A stretch of DNA of 64,000 nt, from assembly GCA_905372565.1 (NCBI GenBank), contig CAJPPK010000007.1:11997-75996 (forward strand). The letters run 5' to 3'. Source of the stretch: an uncultured Porphyromonas sp. GTDB taxonomy: Bacteria > Bacteroidota > Bacteroidia > Bacteroidales > Porphyromonadaceae. The notes under the pieces were generated by a model, which did no database searches, was not told the DNA's origin, and worked only from the letters and a program-made list of their open reading frames with translations. The translations under genes and the position numbers were made by a program. Positions 47,119 through 54,297 of this stretch are shown piece by piece. Numbering within the stretch: position 1 is the stretch's first letter; each line of letters starts with the position of its first letter.

Positions 47119-47997
47119 ATGGATACCTCTTTGATCTATTGTGTAGCTCAAGAATATATCATCGTACATACTCCCTCTAAGGAAGCTACTCGTGCTCTCC
47201 TTCCTAATTATGAGCCCTTCCTCGTAGAGGAGCTCCCGGAGGGTAAGGAGCCTCTCTTTACGTTTGAAGGAGGGGCTGATCTGACGGCCTACCCACGGAA
47301 GGCTCTCCTAGAGGATAAGCTCTCCGAAGGTCTACGTGCTCGTGTCTACCAGACGACGAACTCGGAGATCCTCCTAGAGCTTACGGCTAATCAGCGTCGC
47401 CATGTGCTCCATGTCGATAAGTCATGGAGTAGAGTGATCTCCGATGTCCTACTTGACGATCCAAGCGCAGCCTACTTCATCAACCGACTCATCATGATCG
47501 TCTATGGAGTGGCTATCGCACCGTGGAAGATGCTGAAGATGCATGCTTCTGTCACGGAGCTCGATGGGAAGGCTCTACTCTTCCTCGGTGTTAGTGGCAC
47601 GGGTAAAAGCACCCATAGCCGTCTGTGGCGTAAGTTCGTCCTAGGAGCTACGCTACTTAATGATGATGAGCCTATCGTACGCCTATTGCCCAGTGGCGAG
47701 GTGCGTGTCTTTGGTTGTCCATGGAGTGGTAGTACTCCCTGCTATCGTCAGGCTTCAGCAGAGGTCGTGGCGTTTGTCCATCTTCATCAGAGCACTGAGA
47801 ACAAACTCACGAAGCTGCGCGGGCGCAATAGCTTTGATTCGATCTACTCCTCGACGGCCTTCCTGCATTCAGATAAAGCCCGTCATATGGCGACCTTTGA
47901 TACGATCGTGGATATCCTAGAGCGTATCCCTGTTTATCGCCTCGACTGTCGTCCAGATGAAGAGGCTGTCGCTCTCACACGTACCCTTCTACCCTAA
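47119..47997 (+). CDS. HPr-kinase-like P-loop protein (HprK C-terminal-domain-related)
   Basis: 292 aa. The P-loop GVSGTGKSTHSRLW is followed by NDDEP, as in HprK-related kinases. It starts 15 nt after the GT2 stop. Confidence 0.55.
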   Translation: MDTSLIYCVAQEYIIVHTPSKEATRALLPNYEPFLVEELPEGKEPLFTFEGGADLTAYPRKALLEDKLSEGLRARVYQTTNSEILLELTANQRRHVLHVDKSWSRVISDVLLDDPSAAYFINRLIMIVYGVAIAPWKMLKMHASVTELDGKALLFLGVSGTGKSTHSRLWRKFVLGATLLNDDEPIVRLLPSGEVRVFGCPWSGSTPCYRQASAEVVAFVHLHQSTENKLTKLRGRNSFDSIYSSTAFLHSDKARHMATFDTIVDILERIPVYRLDCRPDEEAVALTRTLLP

Positions 47998-48007
47998 TTA
48001 GAGTAAG

Positions 48008-48499
48008 ATGAAGCCAGATGTTCCTTCGATGGACGAGCGCCGAAGGCAACTGATCATTCGGAATGAGCTCTTCTTTACAGAGCTCCTCGCCCGCATCGCA
48101 GAGGGTAAGCGTCCCCGTATACGCCCTCGGGGATCGAGCATGCTTCCCTTCATCCGTGGAGGGAAGGATACGGTGGATCTAAGTGCACTCACAGAGGATT
48201 CGCTGCAGGTAGGACGCATTGTCCTAGCTCATATCCCCCAGGGCTACCTTGTGCATCGTATCGAGCGCATCGATGGTGACCGCTTCACGCTGCGGGGCGA
48301 TGGTAATCGTGAGCAACGTGAGTACTGCACCCGTGAGCAGATCCTTGCTGAGGTCGTCGAGGTGCAGCGTGGCAAGCGCTCTATCCGCCCAGGCGATCGC
48401 CTCTGGTGGTGCTATGAGCATCTGTGGACGAAGAGTCCCTTTTGGCGTCGCTGGATCCTAGCGGTCTATCGGCGTACACTCCTTCGCTGGGGCCTCTAA
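48008..48499 (+). CDS. S24/S26-family serine peptidase-like protein
   Basis: 163 aa with GSSMLPFI (Ser nucleophile context) and a downstream HRIERIDGDRFTLRGDGN block. It starts 10 nt after the preceding stop. Confidence 0.65.
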   Translation: MKPDVPSMDERRRQLIIRNELFFTELLARIAEGKRPRIRPRGSSMLPFIRGGKDTVDLSALTEDSLQVGRIVLAHIPQGYLVHRIERIDGDRFTLRGDGNREQREYCTREQILAEVVEVQRGKRSIRPGDRLWWCYEHLWTKSPFWRRWILAVYRRTLLRWGL

Positions 48500-48558
48500 G
48501 GGGAGGCCTATTGAGCCAAGGAGCTTTCCCTATCACCTTTTAATTCTCTTCCTTTTTG

Positions 48559-49362
48559 ATGAAGCTTTTAGCTCTTGATATTGATGGTACGCTCATCACC
48601 CGAGCGCACCAGCTGACCGATGGTGTTCGCTCTGCTCTGATTGATGCCCAGCGTATGGGCAAGGTGCGTGTGATCCTAGCATCCGGTCGCCCTACCCCTG
48701 CTCTGCATGCGCTGAGTGAAGCGCTCCAGCTAGCCCAGTATGGAGGCTATCTGATGCCCTTCAATGGGGGAAAGATCGTCGAGGTGGCTACGAAGCGTGT
48801 GATCTCTACTCAGCTACTCGATGCCGATCTTATCCCACAGCTCTACGCCCTGACGCAGGAGTTCGGAGTCAATATTCTGACCTACACAGAGGAGTATATC
48901 CTGAGCGAAATCGAAGGAGACCCCTATGCTGAGAAGGAAGTCACGCTGACAGGTATGCCGCTGAAGGTCGTACCTAGCTTCGTCGAAGCCGTCCAAGAGT
49001 TGGTCCCGAAGTGTCTAGCTGTGGGTCCCCTGGATCGCCTAAAGCCTTTGGCCGAAGCTGTAGAAGCTCGCTTAGGAGATCGTGTATCTGCCTTCCGCTC
49101 GAGCGACTTTTTCCTTGAGCTCGTACCGAAGGGTGTGAACAAGGGTGCATCACTGGAGCGTCTCCTTCCTCTGCTAGGTAAGACGCCAGCGGATCTGATC
49201 GCTATGGGGGATAACTACAATGATGTCGAGATGATTCGTCTAGCAGGCACAGGAGTGGCTATGGGCAATGCACCTCAGGATATCCAAGCTATAGCAGACT
49301 TCATCACCCGCTCCAATGAGGAGGATGGCGTAGCCTATGCCCTAGAGCAGCTACTCCCGTAG
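48559..49362 (+). CDS. Cof-type HAD-IIB phosphatase
   Basis: Motif I ALDIDGTL and motif IV GDNYNDVEM, with a cap-domain insert. Confidence 0.9.
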   Translation: MKLLALDIDGTLITRAHQLTDGVRSALIDAQRMGKVRVILASGRPTPALHALSEALQLAQYGGYLMPFNGGKIVEVATKRVISTQLLDADLIPQLYALTQEFGVNILTYTEEYILSEIEGDPYAEKEVTLTGMPLKVVPSFVEAVQELVPKCLAVGPLDRLKPLAEAVEARLGDRVSAFRSSDFFLELVPKGVNKGASLERLLPLLGKTPADLIAMGDNYNDVEMIRLAGTGVAMGNAPQDIQAIADFITRSNEEDGVAYALEQLLP

Positions 49363-49382
49363 CTTCTCTCACATAAGAGATA

Positions 49383-49433
49383 CAGCACCGCCCCCTGCTC
49401 GCTACTTCTGGTAGTGGGCAGGGGGCGGTGCTG
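49383..49433. terminator. Bidirectional terminator hairpin between the convergent HAD and DUF4248 genes
   Basis: 16-bp GC-rich stem CAGCACCGCCCCCTGC / GCAGGGGGCGGTGCTG. Confidence 0.7.
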
Positions 49434-49443
49434 TTGGGGAGGC

Positions 49444-49701
49444 CTATGCCTGACGGGAGATCTGGTCGAATTCCTCAGGTGTGCCTAGATGGCGCAGGAG
49501 CACCTGCACCATGCTGGGTGGTAGCATCCGCTGGCGAGGGCGGAATCCCAGCTTTTGTAGCTCCGAGAGCAGCAGGGGATCCTGGCGGATGAGTAGGCGG
49601 AAGTGGCGGCTGGCTAGGTCAGCTCGCTCCTCGGGGAAGTACAGACAGGCGAGCTCCTTCATTACATAGGTACGGAAGGCGATCGAAGGGGGAGTCTTCA
49701 T
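49444..49701 (-). CDS. DUF4248-family small protein
   Basis: 85 aa. The pattern ..ELACLYFP....ASRHFRLLI..DPLLLSELQKLGF....RMLPPSMVQVLLRHLGTPE is typical of Bacteroidales DUF4248 proteins, which are often found next to polysaccharide loci. Confidence 0.6.
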   Translation of the reverse strand: MKTPPSIAFRTYVMKELACLYFPEERADLASRHFRLLIRQDPLLLSELQKLGFRPRQRMLPPSMVQVLLRHLGTPEEFDQISRQA

Positions 49702-50000
49702 CGGTCTCTAGAGAATAAAAAGTGAGTAAATAAAGGGTATACAAGAGCACGAGGTATAGGTGGTGCTTCCCGTGGTCTTCTACAAAGGAACGACAATTCT
49801 TGCCCGCTGTCAAGCACTGTCACTAAATAAATTTCTTGCTCAAATAGGCTCCTCCGAGGCCTCCACATAGACTGGCTTTTCCTGATCGGAGAGAGGTGCG
49901 TGAGAGGTCTCACTAAGCCCTTGCTGGAGGTGTGCTTGGTTATGATCCTCCCTATCTGATAAGGGGGGCTAGCGGGATTCCTTATTGGGAGTGGGGCGGT

Positions 50001-50092
50001 CGCTATATACCCAACTGCACGATCACGATATACGTATTCGATGTGTCACAATATACCCAATGACGAAGTCAGAATATACGTAACCTGGTGGC
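50001..50092 (+). repeat. Family-2 array A: four 23-bp units with a CAnnATATAC core
   Basis: ATATAC occurs at 50005, 50028, 50051 and 50074, exactly 23 bp apart. About 14 bp is conserved and about 9 bp is variable per unit. Confidence 0.9.
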
Positions 50093-50189
50093 TCTAGATA
50101 ATGCTCTCTCTCTACGGAGCTAGGGTGTGTGTGGTAGACGGGGTGAAGGTGTGAGGTAAAACAGGGTAGCTCACACCATGCACTTCCTC

Positions 50190-50239
50190 GATAAAACAAT
50201 CAGGCTACCCATTAGGCTTGAGTGCCTATGGGTAGCCTG
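50190..50239 (-). terminator. Terminator for the lipoprotein gene (- strand)
   Basis: Stem CAGGCTACCCA / TGGGTAGCCTG, followed on the - strand by ATTGTTTTAT. Confidence 0.6.
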
Positions 50240-50276
50240 ACTGCTACTTCTTTAACTAGGAGTTCGGGAGGCTCCT

Positions 50277-50762
50277 TTAACGCCCCACCCGCTGGAGAGA
50301 GAAGGTCTTGTTCTTATCGAATGGATAGAAGGTGAGGAGCGTCTTCGACTCATTAAGGATCGCATCGGTGTAGAGCTGCTGTACGATGGGAAGCACCTCT
50401 GTGCCCGTCAAGACCTTCTCCGTAAGGGCGGACATGGAGGCAGGATTGATGTGCACCCCACCATTGTAGTAGCGATAGGTGGTCGTTAGCGTGGTCTCCT
50501 GCTCACGTCGCACGGTGTTAGAGCCGGAGCCGTTGGACTGACTTGTTATGGAGCCAAAGCCTACGGTGATGGTGGCCTTCCCTCCACGCTCGAAGGATAG
50601 GAGAATATCGGTCGTGGTTCTCCCTCCTCCTGCTTTGTTCTGGAGGTTGCGTAGCTGCCACTGGGTGCCCGTGATAGGCGTCGTGGCTGGGAGATCATCG
50701 CCACAGGAGCTGAGCCCGAAGGTGATCGCCATGAGGAGCAGGAGTGTCTTGAAGAGCTTCAT
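50277..50762 (-). CDS. Lipoprotein of unknown function
   Basis: 161 aa with a lipobox (FGLSSC). The mature part is rich in beta-strand-like segments. I recognise no family. Confidence 0.65.
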   Translation of the reverse strand: MKLFKTLLLLMAITFGLSSCGDDLPATTPITGTQWQLRNLQNKAGGGRTTTDILLSFERGGKATITVGFGSITSQSNGSGSNTVRREQETTLTTTYRYYNGGVHINPASMSALTEKVLTGTEVLPIVQQLYTDAILNESKTLLTFYPFDKNKTFSLQRVGR

Positions 50763-50889
50763 CGGATGTTTCTATTAAATCAAGTGAATAGCCCCCTGAG
50801 GGAGGGTTATGGGGATATATTGTTTACCTCTCTAACGTGCGAAGATACACCTTCTGTATATAAAGGGCTAGTTTAACCGATATTTACGC

Positions 50890-50897
50890 TATCTTTG
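50890..50897 (+). promoter_or_regulatory. -7 promoter box TATCTTTG upstream of the tandem ompA pair
   Basis: Exact TAnnTTTG match 54 nt upstream of the ATG at 50951. Confidence 0.5.
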
Positions 50898-50950
50898 TGG
50901 CATCCATAACTAGTACAATCAGTCACTATTTTAAATAGGTATTACGAATT

Positions 50951-52087
50951 ATGAAGCTAAAGCACACGCTGCTCCTCTTAGCCGGACTATCCAGTTTCGC
51001 AGCTAAGGCTCAAACGATGCAGCCCTCTATGACGGATGCTCCTGCTCACCGCGTTGCTTTCGAGCACAAGCCCGGAGCTAACTACTTCATCACCCTCGGT
51101 GGTGGGGTCGGTGCTATGTTCCTCGAGGGGAACAACAAGCCCTCACTCACAGACCGTCTCTCTTGGAATGCGTCACTGGCTATCGGCAAGTGGCACAATC
51201 CCTACTATGCTACTCGTCTGAAGCTCGTCGGTGGGGAAGCCTTCACCTATCAGAACTTCACGGGTCTGCGTAACAAGAACTACTTCGTCGGTGGTCACTA
51301 TGACTTCCTCTTCGATGTAGTCAACTACTTCTCCAGCTACCAGCAGGACCGTGTCTTCCACCTCATCCCCTTCGTCGGTGTAGGCTATGAGTACAAGTTC
51401 GATCACACGGATCCTAAGCTCACCAACACGCACCACGTGACGGCTAACGCTGGTCTCCAGCTGAACTTCCACGTCGCACCACGTGTAGATCTCTTCCTCG
51501 AGGGAGAAGCTAGCTACAGTGGTCTGAATGTGCGCTACCACTACCGTCCTAACTACTCCAATGCCTTCCGTGTATCTGCACAGGCAGGTATCGGATTCCG
51601 TCTCGGTAAGCAGGGCTTCAAGGCTGTAGAGCCTCTTGATCAGGCTTACATCGATGGCCTCCAGAATCAGCTCAATGCCCTCCGTGCAGAGAATGCAGAG
51701 CTCTCCAAGCGTCCTGCTAACTGCCCCGATGCATCTATGATGGCTCCTGTAGAAGCTGCCTCCGATCGCTTCGTAGCTGATAAGTCCATCCTCTTCGCTC
51801 AGGGTCAGTCTAAGGTCTCCAAGGATCAGCTCATCACGGTCTTTGACGCTGCTGACTTCGCTCTCAAGGGAGAAGGTAGCCTTGTCGTCACGGGCTATAT
51901 CGCTAAGAACGAAACTCGCTTCAAGGGTCTCGCTGAGAAGCGTGCTAAGGCTGTCGCTACCCTACTTACCGACCAGTATGGTGTCGCTGCTGACAAGATC
52001 ACGGTCGAATGGAAGGAAGCAGATGAAGCCCCTTATGGCTCTGCTCAGCTCGGCTGGAACCGTGTCGTGATCATCCGCTCTAAGTAA
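50951..52087 (+). CDS. OmpA-family major outer membrane protein, first of a tandem pair (Pgm6/Pgm7-like)
   Basis: 378 aa. Signal peptide ..FAAKAQ, beta-barrel N-terminal half, coiled coil LQNQLNALRAENAELSKRP, then an OmpA_C domain. Tandem paralogous OmpA-like genes are known from Porphyromonas gingivalis. Confidence 0.85.
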   Translation: MKLKHTLLLLAGLSSFAAKAQTMQPSMTDAPAHRVAFEHKPGANYFITLGGGVGAMFLEGNNKPSLTDRLSWNASLAIGKWHNPYYATRLKLVGGEAFTYQNFTGLRNKNYFVGGHYDFLFDVVNYFSSYQQDRVFHLIPFVGVGYEYKFDHTDPKLTNTHHVTANAGLQLNFHVAPRVDLFLEGEASYSGLNVRYHYRPNYSNAFRVSAQAGIGFRLGKQGFKAVEPLDQAYIDGLQNQLNALRAENAELSKRPANCPDASMMAPVEAASDRFVADKSILFAQGQSKVSKDQLITVFDAADFALKGEGSLVVTGYIAKNETRFKGLAEKRAKAVATLLTDQYGVAADKITVEWKEADEAPYGSAQLGWNRVVIIRSK

Positions 52088-52121
52088 TCCCTGCTAACCG
52101 CAATAGACAACCAACGCTCTA

Positions 52122-53282
52122 ATGAAGACGAAAATAATGACGCTCGCCCTAGCGGCTCTCGCTGCTAGTGCGCTTCAGGCTCAAGAGCCCGCTCAGAAGC
52201 CTGCATATAAGACTTCCTTTGTCAAGGATGGTAAGGCTCACTGGTTCCTCGAAGTCGGGGATGCTGCTACCATCAGCCTCGCAGGGAATAACCGCGATGT
52301 GAACTTTACTGACCGTGTGAGCCTGCTCAACCCTAGCTTGGCTATCGGTCGCTGGTCTACGCCTGCCTTCGGGATGCGTCTCTCGCTCCAGGGTGGTAAG
52401 ACCTTTGACTACGCTCGTCCTGCAGGTCTGTGGGCTGCTGCCACTACGACCAACGGCTACCTCCGTCATGATGTGACCTATGGTTTCGCTCAGTACGACT
52501 TCCTCTTTGACCTCGTTAACTACTTCGCTCCTTACAAGGAGAACCGCTTCTTCCACGTCATTCCCTTCCTCGGTGTCGGTCTTGGCTACAAGCATGAAGT
52601 AGAAGCTATCCATGTCAAGGACAAGAGCCATCGCTTCAGCCCACTCGCTGATGCTGGTCTCCAGCTCAAGCTCCGTCTCGCTCGCTTCGTAGACTTCAAC
52701 CTCGAAGGGAAGATCACGGCTTCTGATCTCCGTCTCCCATCACAGGAGGATCACGTGAAGTCAGGTACGGACTTCATCGCTCAGGCTGGTGCTTCGCTGA
52801 CCTTCCACCTCGGTCGTAAGGCTTTCGAAGCTATCACGCCTAATGACGAAGCGCTCATCGCTGACCTCAACGGACAGATCAATGCCCTCCGTGCAGAGAA
52901 TGCAGAGCTCGCTAAGCGTCCCGTTCGTTGCCCAGACGTAGAGATCCCTGTCGCAGACTCTAAGGTCATCGGTAATGTCATCTACTTCCGCCTCAATAGT
53001 GCTGTAGTCGACAAGAACCAGATGATCAATGTCTACAACATCGCTGAATACGCTAAGAGCAATACCGAGACGATCACGCTCGTAGGCTATGCAGACCGTC
53101 AGACCGGTAATCCTAACTACAACATGGCTCTCTCTAAGCGCCGTGCTGAAGCTGTAGCCGACATCCTCGTGAAGAAGTATGGTATCTCTCGCGATCGTCT
53201 TAAGATCGATTGGAAGGGTGATACGGTACAGCCTTACGCAGAGAATGTCTGGAACCGTATCGTCCTCATGAGCGCTGAATAA
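52122..53282 (+). CDS. OmpA-family major outer membrane protein, second of the tandem pair
   Basis: 386 aa with the same architecture as the first copy (LNGQINALRAENAELAKRP; GYADRQTGNPNYNMALSKRRAEAV). Confidence 0.85.
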   Translation: MKTKIMTLALAALAASALQAQEPAQKPAYKTSFVKDGKAHWFLEVGDAATISLAGNNRDVNFTDRVSLLNPSLAIGRWSTPAFGMRLSLQGGKTFDYARPAGLWAAATTTNGYLRHDVTYGFAQYDFLFDLVNYFAPYKENRFFHVIPFLGVGLGYKHEVEAIHVKDKSHRFSPLADAGLQLKLRLARFVDFNLEGKITASDLRLPSQEDHVKSGTDFIAQAGASLTFHLGRKAFEAITPNDEALIADLNGQINALRAENAELAKRPVRCPDVEIPVADSKVIGNVIYFRLNSAVVDKNQMINVYNIAEYAKSNTETITLVGYADRQTGNPNYNMALSKRRAEAVADILVKKYGISRDRLKIDWKGDTVQPYAENVWNRIVLMSAE

Positions 53283-53314
53283 GCAGCTCTTCGTAGACGG
53301 TATTCTCCGTATTC

Positions 53315-53366
53315 TACTCCCTCATCCGTAGGCGATCGCCTCGGGTGAGGGAGTACTCGTTTCTGT
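53315..53366 (+). terminator. Rho-independent terminator after the ompA pair
   Basis: 14-bp stem TACTCCCTCATCCG / CGGGTGAGGGAGTA (one G-T pair) followed by CTCGTTTCT. Confidence 0.7.
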
Positions 53367-53391
53367 AGCTGGAGAGCGTGGGTCTATCCCT

Positions 53392-53506
53392 AACTTAGTA
53401 TGATATATAGCCTGCTAGCGGAGTTAGGTATATTGTGACAGTGTGGTCGGGTATATTCTGACTCCTCGGTTACGTATATAGCAATGAAGCTGCCACATAT
53501 ATGGTG
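53392..53506 (-). repeat. Family-2 array B: five 23-bp units, inverted relative to array A
   Basis: GTATAT occurs at 53428, 53451 and 53474 (23-bp spacing), with degenerate copies one period either side. The - strand units read CACAATATACC.., CAGAATATACC.. and TGCTATATACGTAACC... Confidence 0.85.
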
Positions 53507-53590
53507 ACTAAAGAGTAGAGCTTAGATGGGTAGGCAAGTAGGATAGAGGAGCGCAGGGGACTGCAGGGTGAAGTACTCCTGCTTTTTGTG

Positions 53591-53598
53591 TAAGTTTG
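53591..53598 (+). promoter_or_regulatory. -7 promoter box TAAGTTTG upstream of the DUF805 gene
   Basis: Exact TAnnTTTG match 68 nt upstream of the ATG at 53666. Confidence 0.4.
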
Positions 53599-53665
53599 TA
53601 ATCATAAGTGGCAGTCCATCTTCTGGGAAGAAGCCCTGGACTACTGCAGTAAAAGTGTTTGTTTC

Positions 53666-54217
53666 ATGGATCAATATACCCTCTTCCAGCATTTCCAGAG
53701 GTGCTATAGTCAGAAGTTCCTCTGCTTTACAGGTCGTTCTCGGCGAAGAGAATTCTGGGGCTTTGCTCTCTATTATGGTCTTGCGACGCTTGCCACGATG
53801 CTACTGCTTCTCGGGGCTAGATTCTATATCCTCTATGCCAATAGCTCGGTGATGCTCTACGTGATGGTCATGCTCTGGGGAGTGCTACAGCTCTTTCAGG
53901 TGGCGTCGCTTCTCCCCTTGCTGGCGGTCACGACACGTCGGCTACATGATGTGGGACGAGCGGGCTGGTGGCAACTCATCGCCTATATCCCAGCTCTACT
54001 TCTGCTGGCCTTCTATGTGTGGATGACGTATGGGCTTTCTCCTTTACTACTAGTCGTCTTGGTTAGTAGTGGTGCTAAGGGAGTGCTATGGCTTGGAGGG
54101 ATCCTACTAGCACTTACCTTGGTTGGGGTCATCACTCTCCTTGTTTTCCTTGGTCGTCGTGGAGAGCAGACCGAGAACAGCTACGGTCTGAGTCCCTTGC
54201 TAGAGATAGCAAACTGA
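53666..54217 (+). CDS. DUF805-family inner membrane protein
   Basis: 183 aa. N-terminal GRSRRREFWGF motif and TM helices typical of DUF805 (YhaH-like) proteins. Confidence 0.7.
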   Translation: MDQYTLFQHFQRCYSQKFLCFTGRSRRREFWGFALYYGLATLATMLLLLGARFYILYANSSVMLYVMVMLWGVLQLFQVASLLPLLAVTTRRLHDVGRAGWWQLIAYIPALLLLAFYVWMTYGLSPLLLVVLVSSGAKGVLWLGGILLALTLVGVITLLVFLGRRGEQTENSYGLSPLLEIAN

Positions 54218-54297
54218 CCGATCTTATAGTTATAATAGACTAGAGCGTATACCTTCTATAGAAGAGTACTGCCAATTAATCATATCTCATTATCCTT

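Noticed and set aside
49619-49913. Two - strand ORFs (49619-49813 and 49698-49913) upstream of the DUF4248 gene.
   Set aside because: They overlap each other and the DUF4248 start. They have no motifs and lie in the presumed promoter region.
50001-50092. Reading the 23-bp arrays (families 1 and 2) as mini-CRISPR or other guide-RNA arrays.
   Set aside because: The units are far too short (14-15 bp repeat plus 8-9 bp variable), with only 4-5 units. Repeat orientation flips within arrays in family 1. No cas or other guide-associated nuclease gene is present in the window.
50001-53506. Calling the array-flanked ompA segment a Tn7/Mu-like transposon.
   Set aside because: There is no transposase inside. 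The outermost units do not start with the TG...CA termini of that superfamily. The 5 bp outside the arrays (gcggt / actaa) are not a target-site duplication. The cargo looks like core envelope genes. I kept it as an unexplained architecture in the findings rather than a mobile-element call.
53568-53852. 94-aa ORF overlapping the start of the DUF805 gene.
   Set aside because: It is out of frame with and overlaps the DUF805 ORF, which has the family's RRREFW motif. It also starts upstream of the predicted -7 box.
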